A stretch of DNA of 58,478 bases from a virus. Taxonomy: Duplodnaviria; Caudoviricetes. The stretch spans positions 1 through 58,478 of IMG/VR virus record IMGVR_UViG_3300021170_000022; one strand, given 5' to 3'. The notes under the pieces are model-generated. The model was not told the origin of the DNA and searched no databases. It saw only the letters and a program-made list of their open reading frames with translations. Positions 26,901 to 36,172 of the stretch are shown here, one piece after another. A program made the translations under genes and the position numbers. Position 1 is the first letter of the stretch. Every line of letters starts with the position of its first letter.

Positions 26901-28634
26901 GTCCCAGCCGAAATAGGCCAGCGAAACCGCGAGGATGTCCAGCGGCGCAATCTGGTAGCCCACCATATTGAGCAGGAACGTGCCCGTGCCCTGCTGCCGG
27001 CGCCTCAGCAGCTCGATCTTGGCAAGCCTTTGCGCGGCCGCACAAGAAATTGTGAATGGAAGCTGAATATCCAGCCACCGGCGATCGCCACCGTCGTTCG
27101 CCAGGTTCTGGTCGTAGTCGTACTGCGGCGGACCATCATTATAGCCGTGCTCGGAGTCCTGCGCATACCGCGGAAAGTCGCTCGATTGCCAGTTGTTCGC
27201 CGGAGAAATATAGGTGCCCTTGACTCCATTGAAAAGCTCAGCGATCGTAACCGACGATCTCCACCGGATCGGCCCCGCCGCATTACTCGGGATCCAGTTG
27301 GCCGCCAGCGTAAGCGAAACTCCCGGCCAGATCGCCGGATAAATCACGATCGGAAAAATGTCCGGAACAATTCTTCCGCCGCACGACGTCAAGAGATTCT
27401 GTAGGATCTCGCCGCGCTTCATGGTCAGGTTGAAATGACCGCAGCAGGTATATCGCGGCTCGGTCGTCAGCGGCGAAGTCAGCGGCGAGGCCAGACCAAC
27501 TGGCTCATCACAGACATTGGCCGCGGCGATCAGCCCGGGAATCGAGACATCCGTTCCCAGAACATACTTGAATCCCCACGTCTGCTGCGTCAGGTAATCC
27601 GCAATGCACAGCGCGGCATTTTCGGTGTATCCGACGGTCGGCGGCGAGGTCCTCGGATCGACGATGTCGTTCTTGCCGCGGAGCAGAAAACTGATCTGCG
27701 GGATCCCGCCCGGGAAAATCTGCGAATCATACTCTAGCCGGATATGCACCGCCGTGAACCCCACCAGCGAGCAGAAGTTCGTCCAGGGATTCGGATTGTG
27801 CTGATTGTTCTGGACCAGCGTTCCGGTGTCGCCTTGTTTCGGCGTCCCGTTTGTCATGCCGACGAAAGTCTCACCGACCGTCTGTTGATGCCCCAGCCGG
27901 TTGTATGGCCCGGAATCTCCGATGCTCTCCAGGTAAACGTTCTTTTTGTAGTCCGCCCATGTCGTCTGGACCTGACCGGAATTGACGATGACACCCGGCG
28001 GGATCGGCGCTCCACCGGCAAGGAAATAGAAATCTATGCTGCCCGGCGTTCCTGGAACGTGACGAATGATCGTTACGGGGAATTTTCCGTTGATGCCCAA
28101 GCTCACCGGATGCACACCCGAAACGATCACCTGATCGCCATCGGAGAGCAACGGAATGTCGTGATTCAAATGGATGGTGACAACGTCGCCGATGCGCGTA
28201 ATATCGCTCGGATGGTCGATGAGAACAGTCTGCTGCAGCGGAGTGAAGCTGGTATTATTCGCCCCGATCTGGACGCGCTGATTGTCGAACAGCAGCTCGT
28301 CGACGCTTTGGCAGGAATGCGCCGCCAGCACGATGACCATGTCCAGCCATTTGTTGCTGTCTCCAAACTCCGCAAGGTAGACGATCGTTCCGCCGATGCG
28401 CGTGCGGCCGTAACAGACATCCCACGGCGCGATCGGATTGCGTGTAGTGGTCGCGAACCCCTGGACGGGCCCCTTAGCTAGCATCGTGCCGATGCCGCTG
28501 AGCACCAGGCCGGCGCCGGCGGTGATCAGCATCGCCGTAAGCGGCGTCGAGGCGCCAAACGTGACCACCTCGAGCACAATACCCGTGGCGATCAGCGCTG
28601 CGCCGGCAACCGTTTCTATGATGCCCTTAGACAC
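23904..28634 (-). CDS. tail tip / host-specificity protein (J-like) with Fn3-like domain
   Basis: YGRTRIGG, NAALCIADYL, AANVCDE, FNGVKGTY, AQRLAKIEL, PDPPTNL...WTAP...Y.LELRSVN. Confidence 0.88.
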   Translation of the reverse strand: MSKGIIETVAGAALIATGIVLEVVTFGASTPLTAMLITAGAGLVLSGIGTMLAKGPVQGFATTTRNPIAPWDVCYGRTRIGGTIVYLAEFGDSNKWLDMVIVLAAHSCQSVDELLFDNQRVQIGANNTSFTPLQQTVLIDHPSDITRIGDVVTIHLNHDIPLLSDGDQVIVSGVHPVSLGINGKFPVTIIRHVPGTPGSIDFYFLAGGAPIPPGVIVNSGQVQTTWADYKKNVYLESIGDSGPYNRLGHQQTVGETFVGMTNGTPKQGDTGTLVQNNQHNPNPWTNFCSLVGFTAVHIRLEYDSQIFPGGIPQISFLLRGKNDIVDPRTSPPTVGYTENAALCIADYLTQQTWGFKYVLGTDVSIPGLIAAANVCDEPVGLASPLTSPLTTEPRYTCCGHFNLTMKRGEILQNLLTSCGGRIVPDIFPIVIYPAIWPGVSLTLAANWIPSNAAGPIRWRSSVTIAELFNGVKGTYISPANNWQSSDFPRYAQDSEHGYNDGPPQYDYDQNLANDGGDRRWLDIQLPFTISCAAAQRLAKIELLRRRQQGTGTFLLNMVGYQIAPLDILAVSLAYFGWDDKLLEVLASRFKLEKQNDAGAQIVLLGVEIDVQETDPSVYDWEIIEELSPQGFQYPGLPNTVFTPDPPTNLHVIFDDSGGTALAWTAPLDPYVTTIQGRYQLIASPPGIWISLGTVDDSVTQMPLPVLLPGTQYVLELRSVNRAGVPSIWVSLNYTPLPIPPQWQPYEVQAAADDAMYPLEHTFDVALGYSNLIGAQVTLADGGALPRLNVTGVEPVNEVIDGCPAPIITAARVVPTGGAIQGGIILYVSVTADDGNGNYTLPSAVFPVEIPQSSPPAAINSVQLDVTWPNFPGLVNFTIYAYFLVDVMGAQQTGALTPTSPVGGYNPGTITLLGFVASPPSSPPDGALLRSTYAAPNPNLRTIRLKATIGYHLGVIGAAVDSVVGSSVVSKEAGDPTGEDNWVGRQLIIIGRDNANLPLSSIPFWAANILSYDPSTGTFGLDRVADGIVLPGDVFVVSTLGYNNSADPYRITDSGWSNALNYDFNTRTPTPHSGLTPDLERGMVLRVIKGTSRGAKANIIANTGTTHILDSPITIGPDSVWIIVEAGWPYVIDSTKIDTASPFQDMTVLLPISDFAQQSIFLAAFLIDVTGEESEDGDGPFRMVFVFGSQAALSGTPFTVVREGYATLTINDLQVTEISTIGAVKQVQFEAPVVDESDSGWWGIGAIDDVTDPYTFVPSYGGSSRLGKGFGVGDYIVWNDTNYEIDLIIAVGDDGALTVQRNPGGGVPTSQAQFGSTMKASFGTFFRATSARALSEATPNSGATGVPAVYEWAFANRMPLAVTAQAIGSNGIGPLYTLNLSRATDAPPAPGLRLLNGAQYNLGALGVPLTAGAGGSRVGTVADKRIQVRAPESVTAMSADLATPSTGLSGDATVIVYVVYITPDRSTAGLLEILKFGDGAFDTYLAGNPPEGRNMPYHSGGWAPYAGIGRDWPPNVLPVVVDPFDANGQLQLAAGGAPPVIDHGNFAVFAEGGWIDFIVTQVGMTTPGQDLGVTVRT

Positions 28635-29084
28635 TCAAACCCGCCACGCCCGCACCGCTCGATCCATCGCAATGGGCCCGAACCCCACCTCGGCCGCGAT
28701 CAGAATCCTTAGCCCATTCATCGCCACAATTCCCAACGAAAAATCGCGCGGCCGCCGAACCAGCACCATGTCCCCACGCGCAGCTCGCAAAGCTGGAACC
28801 TCGCCCATCTGGTGCGTTGCCGCGACTGCTTCCACAATCCGCGCGACTGGCGATCGTCTTTCGTGCCCTGCCGCACCGCAATACCGCGCGATCGCCCCCA
28901 TCGCCGCAGCCCGCGACCGATACACCCCGCGAAACTCCGCCGCGATATCGATGCCGGTCATCGCCTGAACGGCATCTGCCACAAACAAGCAGCAGTCCCA
29001 CGATCCGTATGCGAATTTGCGCGCACGATTCTCAGCCAGAAAACTTTCTAGCCTTCGCGTCCAATCAGGCAATCGAATCAGCAC
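28635..29084 (-). CDS. NlpC/P60-like (DUF6950-type) tail protein
   Basis: FAYGSWDCCLFVADAVQAMTGID, ARGD. Confidence 0.85.
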   Translation of the reverse strand: MLIRLPDWTRRLESFLAENRARKFAYGSWDCCLFVADAVQAMTGIDIAAEFRGVYRSRAAAMGAIARYCGAAGHERRSPVARIVEAVAATHQMGEVPALRAARGDMVLVRRPRDFSLGIVAMNGLRILIAAEVGFGPIAMDRAVRAWRV

Positions 29085-29085
29085 T

Positions 29086-29667
29086 TCAGATGTTGTTGGT
29101 TGATTGTGGAACCGTGCCCCAATAAAGCGTCACTTCTTGTAGCGACGGTACAAACTGCAGCCCTAGATCGCCTGGATTCGACATCTGGGCATCCTGCAGC
29201 GTGAGGCGTCTATCGACCGCAACGTTCATATCCATGAGCCGGTTCTCGCATTTGAGCGAGATCACGGCCTCACCGCCCGAAATCAGAAACTCCGGCTGGT
29301 CCATGCGCCCGGACCACGATGTCAACGGATCGGCGATCAGCGCCCCACTCGAATCGAACAACGCGAGGAAGACGCTAACCGGCAACCCAATCTGGATCTC
29401 CTGAAGCGCATCCGCCAGCATCGCGGGATCGATTCCACTGAGCGTAAGCGTGACCCCTTTCGCCTCGATCGTCGCTCCTTCTTCGATTACCGAAATGCCG
29501 CCAAAGGTCCCAACCCCGACATAGGTTTGGCCGTTCCAGACCATCGGCCCGGTTCCGCTCCACACGTACACCGTTCCGGTGACAAAGTTTAACTGAACAA
29601 GGATCGCCGGATGCAGGATGGACGCCTGAAGCGCCGTCAGCATCGCGCCGCTCATTGGACGTGGCAT
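29086..29667 (-). CDS. minor tail (hub) protein
   Basis: WSGTG..WNGQTY.GVG, LTLSGID, WSGRMD, PGDLGLQFV. Confidence 0.8.
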   Translation of the reverse strand: MPRPMSGAMLTALQASILHPAILVQLNFVTGTVYVWSGTGPMVWNGQTYVGVGTFGGISVIEEGATIEAKGVTLTLSGIDPAMLADALQEIQIGLPVSVFLALFDSSGALIADPLTSWSGRMDQPEFLISGGEAVISLKCENRLMDMNVAVDRRLTLQDAQMSNPGDLGLQFVPSLQEVTLYWGTVPQSTNNI

Positions 29668-29942
29668 CAGTAGAACAGCCGGTAGACTTTATCGCCGGCC
29701 TTTTCGAAATAGAGGCACCACGAATTCAATCCCGCGCTCCCGCCGCGGCCTTGCACAAAGTTCGTAGCGCCGGGCTTCATCGGAATTCCCATCTCTGCCG
29801 CGATGTCAGGACCGCCGATCCACACCTTGCCCTGGTTGCCGCTATCGGCGTAAAGCTGGGCTGCACTCAACAGATAGAGATTGGCGCCCAACGGGAGCCT
29901 TTCTCCGTCCTCCGATGCAATCAATGGTGCTGGCGCGTTCAT
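29667..29942 (-). CDS. small putative virion protein
   Basis: NQGKVWIGG motif; position in the tail module. Confidence 0.55.
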   Translation of the reverse strand: MNAPAPLIASEDGERLPLGANLYLLSAAQLYADSGNQGKVWIGGPDIAAEMGIPMKPGATNFVQGRGGSAGLNSWCLYFEKAGDKVYRLFY

Positions 29943-29945
29943 AAC

Positions 29946-30359
29946 TTAATCGAAGATGACGGTGAGGTTTGTAGCGCCGCTGGTCAACACGCAAATCCCG
30001 TTGGCGAACGATTGCTGAAACTCGATCGTGAATGGATTCGACACCGTCGAAGGTAACGTGATCACAGCCTTCGGATTCGTCGACGGCGTCCCCGTGCAGC
30101 TCGCCGAAGCCAGATCGAACAGTTTGATCGTCGCGCTAGCCACCTCGGTGGTAACCGTGATTCTTCGAAGCGTCCCGGCAGTGGCCTTCACAGCCGTGGT
30201 AGCCGCCGCGATGATCATCGCCGAATTGGAAGCCACAGGCTGTACCGTCCACGTGGCGGATTGCGACACAGGAGTCGCGTTTGCGGATGGATTGAGATCG
30301 GCCCGCGTCGACGCGACCAGTAGGATCAGGATGACTACGACCATCTGGAAAATCTTCAT
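29946..30359 (-). CDS. putative virion protein with signal peptide
   Basis: ...VASTRA|D; VKATAGTL, FANGICV; two Cys. Confidence 0.7.
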   Translation of the reverse strand: MKIFQMVVVILILLVASTRADLNPSANATPVSQSATWTVQPVASNSAMIIAAATTAVKATAGTLRRITVTTEVASATIKLFDLASASCTGTPSTNPKAVITLPSTVSNPFTIEFQQSFANGICVLTSGATNLTVIFD

Positions 30360-30363
30360 GTTT

Positions 30364-31044
30364 CTACTCCCTGGTCACCAGGTGCAGATTCAGCGCCGAT
30401 GAAGTTCCGGCGATCGCGGTGATTCCGGACGCCATGATAACGCCGGACAAATTGATGCCATTGTTCCCCCCGAATCCCATGTTGGAGTTGGCCGGAACGG
30501 TGAAATCTGCGTTTCCGCCTAACCAGATGATCGGCGTGCCGGTTTTGTCCGCCAGCCTGAACGTGACCGCCGAGTTCGTAATGTTATTAACGAATCCTTC
30601 GACGATACATCCGGTTACGGAGCTGACGCTGGTTCCGGCGCCGGTCGCGATGCCCACCGTGTTATGAACCACCAAAGACGATCCGGAGCCGCTGCATCCG
30701 GCCGGCAAGGACATAATAAACCCCAGCAGATTAGTCCCAGCAGGAAGTGCATTTGTGATTGACGTGATGGTTCCTACATTCACAGTCCCGCTGTCCGTGA
30801 TCACATGACCGATGACATTTGATCCCGGAGGCAGGGCGTTCACGGAAACCGTCCCTGAAATGGGCTGCGTGACACCGCTTCCATCGACCTTCCACGCCGA
30901 GGCACCAGATGGCCCCTGAGTAGCCGTAACACTCGACCCCGGTCCACCGGATTGATTCAATTGCGCCATCATGGACCCGGCGATAAACAAGGCGCATATG
31001 ATCAGCGCCATCCAGACGCTCGGCGTCATGTGAAATCTTTTCAT
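30364..31044 (-). CDS. putative virion protein with signal peptide
   Basis: ...GSMMA|Q; VDGSGVTQPISG, LPAGTNLLG repeats; two mature Cys. Confidence 0.7.
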   Translation of the reverse strand: MKRFHMTPSVWMALIICALFIAGSMMAQLNQSGGPGSSVTATQGPSGASAWKVDGSGVTQPISGTVSVNALPPGSNVIGHVITDSGTVNVGTITSITNALPAGTNLLGFIMSLPAGCSGSGSSLVVHNTVGIATGAGTSVSSVTGCIVEGFVNNITNSAVTFRLADKTGTPIIWLGGNADFTVPANSNMGFGGNNGINLSGVIMASGITAIAGTSSALNLHLVTRE

Positions 31045-31071
31045 TTTTAGAATCCCCCTTTCGTCTAACAA

Positions 31072-31482
31072 TTAGACCGGTAAGATGAAATATTCCGCGT
31101 CGACTTCGCTGTTCGGCGGGGACGCCGTGCTCACCGCGACCATCGCCGGCACCGTGACGCCCGCCGGAAGTTCCATCAGAATGCAACGTCCGGAGCTGCA
31201 TCGCCCCAGCACCGTGCCGCTAACCGCGGAAAGAAGCTCGATCACGTCCGTCGCAGGCCCATTATTCTTGATCAAAATCTCGCCCAACACCGTTGGCGGC
31301 GACGTCAACAGCGGCCCAAGTGGTATCGCTAGCCCAGCACCCCCAACAGGAACCTGCATCGTGGCGAGCTGGTAGTCCTTACCAGCAGTCTGAAATCCCG
31401 CCGCCGCGATCGCCAGCGACTTGGTGGCGATATTGTTTTTCGTGAACTGCAGCAGTACATTGATAGTGCCGTTGTTCGCCAT
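31072..31482 (-). CDS. putative virion protein
   Basis: Beta-rich, tail module, two SPP motifs. Confidence 0.65.
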   Translation of the reverse strand: MANNGTINVLLQFTKNNIATKSLAIAAAGFQTAGKDYQLATMQVPVGGAGLAIPLGPLLTSPPTVLGEILIKNNGPATDVIELLSAVSGTVLGRCSSGRCILMELPAGVTVPAMVAVSTASPPNSEVDAEYFILPV

Positions 31483-31497
31483 TGGTCTTTTCCTCTT

Positions 31498-31905
31498 CTA
31501 GATGGCTTCGCGAATCTCGAAGCTGATGCCGTACAGCCGAGAGTCATTGATCGACCACTTCCGCGTGTTCGACTTTAGCCGCCAGTAACGCGGCTGCGGT
31601 GGACTCGTTCCCGCCGTGATGCTTTCCGGATACTTTGCCGCGAACGCCGAGGTGAACTGGAATACATTCGCGATGCCCTGCAACGCGCGTAGAAATGCAA
31701 GCCATTCCTGAGCATCCGTGTCGGTCATCGGCGGCATATACACCATCGCCTCCATGTACGTCGCGCCCCACTGGTAGACCTGCATCTGCCCGGTGAACGG
31801 CGAGACGTTGCCCGAGACGATATCGACTACTGAAAACTCGATCGACGCCGGCGCCGGCGGCGTTCCCGGAATCGTGATCACATTCCAACCGTTGTAAAGC
31901 GGCAC
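31498..31905 (-). CDS. distal tail protein
   Basis: Follows the tape measure; SPFTGQ.Q, WLAFL..LQG, YGISF...EA. Confidence 0.75.
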   Translation of the reverse strand: MPLYNGWNVITIPGTPPAPASIEFSVVDIVSGNVSPFTGQMQVYQWGATYMEAMVYMPPMTDTDAQEWLAFLRALQGIANVFQFTSAFAAKYPESITAGTSPPQPRYWRLKSNTRKWSINDSRLYGISFEIREAI

Positions 31906-31908
31906 CGG

Positions 31909-34900
31909 CTATGCTCGCCCTGGAGGATTTCGTCTCACGCGATCACGCGAGGCCCTGATTGACATCCCCACAGCCGAATTGTGGGCCGCCCGAATCGCAG
32001 CCTCTACCCGGGCCCCTGTGAGCACCGGATCGGTTCCGCGGGCATCGATCGTATAGAAATGCGTACCGCCCGTCTCGCTGAACATCCGCTCAGAGGCTTC
32101 ATGGCTTAGGATGGCCCCGCTCTGCCCTGGGAAAAATGGCTCCGGACCGCGTTCCCCCACCATGTACGCCTCACCCGCCGACACATCGCCGCCGGCCGCG
32201 CGCGGCTTCAGGGATCTCGGCGCGGCGGTAGCATGACTAACCCGAGCTGCACCCGGTGACGGACCACGGCGACGGTCGGTAAAGATATTTGTCTCCGTCG
32301 GAGACGTACCCTTCATAAAGCTCGAAACAGCAACATCGCTGCGCAATAGCTTCCGGGTAGTATCGTGATCGATAATGTGGCCAGCGGTTTCAGGAACGAA
32401 TAACTCCTCGCCCTTTTCGCCCACCTTATACGGTCTGCCCTTCACTACAGGACCACCGGAAGCACGTGGGGAGGCCCCCGCTCCGGCGCCGGCTGATCCG
32501 ATAGCCGCGCCCGTGATCGTCGCACCAATGGTCTGAAGAAAATTAGGGCCGGACCCCGCACCTTCTGTCCGCACATAGAAAGGATTTTGCGGCGTGCCAT
32601 CCGGCTTCCCGATCCCGATCGATGTTCCCACTGGAACCGGCGTCTCCGACGGAGACGTCGCGATCTTCGGAACCTGCCCCGTGCCCAGCAGCCCACCATT
32701 ACCGAACGTTATGCTTCTCTCAGTAGGTGTACCAGGCCCGACACCGGGCGCCCTGACGCCAATTCCAAGAATGCGCCGGAGCGCGCCCAGTATGCCGCCA
32801 CCGCCGGACGTATCCTTATCGGCCGACGTTGGCCCTCCCGCACCGGGCGCTCCAGGAACACCGGGAAGCGCGCCGATGCCGGCCATACGCACCCACAGCG
32901 GATTCGACCGCGACCCGTCTGGCTTACCTTCGAAGCCGAGCTTCTTCCCCAGCTCGCCCAGCCCCCTTTGCAGCATGCTCTTGACCGAGCTTTTGAGGAC
33001 CTCCTCGCCGATCCCCTGGAACATCTTGGCCCAGGCCGTCTTTTGCCCGGTCATCAGCTTGGTCAGATTGTCGGAGACCTTATCCAGGGCGGAATTCAGC
33101 GCCTCTTCCACGATCGCCGAGGCCTGCTTGGCCTGCGTCTGCATCTCGATAAAGAACGCCCGAATGCCGTCCTTTGCGCCGCCCATCTGAATCGATAGGT
33201 CCGCCATCAGCTTCAGATTCGCATCTCGCAGATTGCGCAACGCCACGAACTGGTCGAGCATCGCCCGCAACCGCTCGTTTTCCAGATTCCGCAACGATGC
33301 CGCGATCGCCAGGCGGTTCTCATCGGTCACCACGATTGCCTTGAGCGCCTCAATCTGCTTATCCACCGATTCGAGCTGGTTTCGGTATGCGAGCCCAACC
33401 TTGAGCGCTTCCGCAGTCAACCGCTGCTGATTTTCGGCTTCGTCGGCCCCACGTTCCGCCTGGATCGCCTCCGGCTTCACTCCTTGACGCTTCATCTCTG
33501 CGTACTTGTTCTCAAGGACCGCTTTGCGCTCAGCCTGGGCGCCTTCCGCGATCGCCGCGGTAACCCGCTTTACTCCCGCCACCCGTTCATCGATCTTCGC
33601 GATCTCCCCAGCCGTCGCGTTGTCCCGCTGCGCATTATAGAGTCCGATCTCCGCCAGCATCTGCTTGCGCGTCGCTTCGCTCAGCTCGCCAGTTGCCGTC
33701 CGGACGCCCTGCTGCCGGATTTCCAGGAGCCGGTAGGCTAGGGTCACCAGCCGGATCGCCTCCGCGCCCTGGCTCTGAGCCGCCGCCAGATTCTTCTCCA
33801 TCTCGATCTGCGTCTCAAGTTTGTCCACCGCGGCCGCGGCCGCCTTGGAATGTTCGGCATCGAAGGCCTCGCCGGCGGCGCCGCGCAGCTTATCCAGATC
33901 CTTCTTCGCGGTAGGATCGTTGTACCGCTCGGGTCCCACTGCGCTCATAACCGTGGATTCGACATTGGCAGCCTTGACCGCCAGGTAGCCCTTGCCAATC
34001 GCAGCCGTGAGCATCTCCTGAACCTTGACCTGATCTAATAGCCTCTTGCTGGTCGCGTCGATCTTGTCGCCCCATGCGAGCTGCTCTTTAGCGGCGCCGA
34101 TCTTCTGGAAGATATCCCGCACGCCCTGCGCCTGCGCGGCGGAAATGTGCAGCTTCGGATTGATCCGGCTTAGCCCCTTGTCGATTTCCTCGATCGCCTT
34201 GGCCGCCTCCGCGAACGATTCCGCGATTACCTTCTCCGCCTGCGTCCCTCCGATCACGGCGATCTTCTGATTCACTCCGTCCAGTTCAGCCTTAAGCGCC
34301 TCGATCTTGTTTTCAAACGGACGGTCCAGCCTGGCGTTATCGTGCGCAGCTTGTGCGGCATCCTTCGCCCGCGTCGCCGCGGTGAGCTGCGAAGTCAAGT
34401 CGATTGCCTTGTTCTTTTCGTTCAGGACCTCGATATACTTCTGCATCTGCGAGATCGCCGCCGTCATGTCCTTGCCAGCGACGGCGCCGCCGAAAACCTT
34501 GGCCCCGGAAGCCGTCGTGATCTCATGCGATGGCGTACCAGCTTGAAGCTTCTGATACTGCGCCAGTAGCCGGTTGGCGTCGGCCAGTTCGTCGTTCAGA
34601 ACTTTATGCAGCGCGATATCGCGCGCCGTCTCCGCGGCCGCCAGGGTCTGCGGCGTTTTCGCCTGCGCGATCCCGACCTCGCCTTCCAGGTTCGCCTTCT
34701 CCAGCTTGGTCTGAATTCCAGCCGTCCCCGTAAATCCGCCCGCCATCTGTCGAACGTCGAAAGTCGAACCTTCGCCCAGAAATTGCCGAAATGCGCCGAC
34801 TTTATTCTCTTCCGCGAATTTCGCGAATTCCTTGAACGATTTATTCAGTGATTCGGCGAGCTGATCGGCGGATACCCTGGCCTCATCCAGAGCCAGCTTG

Positions 34901-35382
34901 AGCGTGTTCTGCCGGAGCCCAAGTAGCTTGGCGATCTCATTATTGACACGATCCACACTGACAGCAAGTTCATCGTTGCTAAGCTTGATCGGCGCGTTCA
35001 GATCCCGCCACGCTCCCGCCATCTTCTCCGGTGCGTCGCGCAGGTCGGTATAGAACTTGCGGACCTCCTCACCGAGCTTTCCCAGCAGTCCCAGAAAAGC
35101 CAGGCCACCGATCACCGGAAAAGCCGCCTGCAGCACCGGCCCAAGTCCGAGTACGTTGGCAGTGAATCGTTCCGCCGCGCGCAGATTGTTATTAAGGCCG
35201 CCCTCGAGCACCCGTAGCGCACCGCTCGTCGCCTGCACGCCGCTGACGCCATGCTGCCCCGCCTGCTGCGCCGCCCGCCCGAACTGTCCGAGCTTCGCGT
35301 TCGCCTTATCCATATCGACCAGGAACTTCGCAGTCCCTGCATCGACATTGATCGTGATAACGCCGGCGCGCTTTGCAGCCAT
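31909..35382 (-). CDS. tail tape measure protein
   Basis: Long Ala/Glu/Lys helical protein; RASGGPV...VGEKGEELFVP and RAAGGDV...VGERGPEPF C-terminal motifs. Confidence 0.92.
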   Translation of the reverse strand: MAAKRAGVITINVDAGTAKFLVDMDKANAKLGQFGRAAQQAGQHGVSGVQATSGALRVLEGGLNNNLRAAERFTANVLGLGPVLQAAFPVIGGLAFLGLLGKLGEEVRKFYTDLRDAPEKMAGAWRDLNAPIKLSNDELAVSVDRVNNEIAKLLGLRQNTLKLALDEARVSADQLAESLNKSFKEFAKFAEENKVGAFRQFLGEGSTFDVRQMAGGFTGTAGIQTKLEKANLEGEVGIAQAKTPQTLAAAETARDIALHKVLNDELADANRLLAQYQKLQAGTPSHEITTASGAKVFGGAVAGKDMTAAISQMQKYIEVLNEKNKAIDLTSQLTAATRAKDAAQAAHDNARLDRPFENKIEALKAELDGVNQKIAVIGGTQAEKVIAESFAEAAKAIEEIDKGLSRINPKLHISAAQAQGVRDIFQKIGAAKEQLAWGDKIDATSKRLLDQVKVQEMLTAAIGKGYLAVKAANVESTVMSAVGPERYNDPTAKKDLDKLRGAAGEAFDAEHSKAAAAAVDKLETQIEMEKNLAAAQSQGAEAIRLVTLAYRLLEIRQQGVRTATGELSEATRKQMLAEIGLYNAQRDNATAGEIAKIDERVAGVKRVTAAIAEGAQAERKAVLENKYAEMKRQGVKPEAIQAERGADEAENQQRLTAEALKVGLAYRNQLESVDKQIEALKAIVVTDENRLAIAASLRNLENERLRAMLDQFVALRNLRDANLKLMADLSIQMGGAKDGIRAFFIEMQTQAKQASAIVEEALNSALDKVSDNLTKLMTGQKTAWAKMFQGIGEEVLKSSVKSMLQRGLGELGKKLGFEGKPDGSRSNPLWVRMAGIGALPGVPGAPGAGGPTSADKDTSGGGGILGALRRILGIGVRAPGVGPGTPTERSITFGNGGLLGTGQVPKIATSPSETPVPVGTSIGIGKPDGTPQNPFYVRTEGAGSGPNFLQTIGATITGAAIGSAGAGAGASPRASGGPVVKGRPYKVGEKGEELFVPETAGHIIDHDTTRKLLRSDVAVSSFMKGTSPTETNIFTDRRRGPSPGAARVSHATAAPRSLKPRAAGGDVSAGEAYMVGERGPEPFFPGQSGAILSHEASERMFSETGGTHFYTIDARGTDPVLTGARVEAAIRAAHNSAVGMSIRASRDRVRRNPPGRA

Positions 35383-35850
35383 CTAATGTTGTCCTTGCGG
35401 AAATTCAGATTTCACAGTTTGCTCGATCGACCTGGCGAATGCCGCGATCGCCGCGTCCGCGCTGGCATCCGCCGCCGGCCGCATAAATGGATACGCCGGC
35501 ACACCTTTCAGCAGTTTCTTGAGCGGCCTATGTCCCACCAGACGGTGACCATACTCCACCCACAGGGCAACTGAGCCGTTCTTGCCGAATCCGACCTCGG
35601 CGGATCCGCCGCGGAGCTGCGAATCCAGCGTAACCGCTACCATCAGCGATTCCCTCAGGACGCCCTTATCTAGCAGCCCGCCGGTATCCTCCGCCTTGAT
35701 CGGAGTTCTGGCTTCTACCGCATCGGCGACCACATTACCCGCAGCGGACAATGCCCTCACATAGCCGCGCGCCACAATCGTCTTCGGCGCTTCGCGCAGC
35801 ATCCGCTGAACGTCCTCGAGCCCGGTAACGGTGATGAGGGACGTCGCCAA
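35383..35850 (-). CDS. HK97 gp10-like tail component
   Basis: VTGLEDV, G.LRESL, WVEYGH, AYPFMRPA. Confidence 0.88.
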   Translation of the reverse strand: MATSLITVTGLEDVQRMLREAPKTIVARGYVRALSAAGNVVADAVEARTPIKAEDTGGLLDKGVLRESLMVAVTLDSQLRGGSAEVGFGKNGSVALWVEYGHRLVGHRPLKKLLKGVPAYPFMRPAADASADAAIAAFARSIEQTVKSEFPQGQH

Positions 35851-35852
35851 AG

Positions 35853-36161
35853 CTATTCGTCCGCGGGCGTGACCGCGGTTTCCTCTTCGCTTAGAATCAC
35901 CTGGCCAAGCGCCTTCATAACCTTTTCACGATCGCGTGACATCAGATCCCCCGCCTCGCTCAGCAGCACTTGCGGATGGGCCGTTTTAAGACACGCATAG
36001 AGCAAGCCACGAAAGGCGCGGGCGCTCATCCCGCCCCCCATCGCCGCCAGCAGGTTACACCCGCATACTTCCTCGGCGTTCACGATCTCATTGAAGTCGT
36101 AGCAGAGCTTATACTCGACCGGATCGCCCTCGAATGTGAAACTGACAAATTCTCTTTCCAA
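35853..36161 (-). CDS. tail assembly chaperone (gpG-like)
   Basis: L.YDFN.I..AEE..G, RGLLYACL; position before the tape measure. Confidence 0.7.
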   Translation of the reverse strand: MEREFVSFTFEGDPVEYKLCYDFNEIVNAEEVCGCNLLAAMGGGMSARAFRGLLYACLKTAHPQVLLSEAGDLMSRDREKVMKALGQVILSEEETAVTPADE

Positions 36162-36172
36162 CTCGATTCTCC

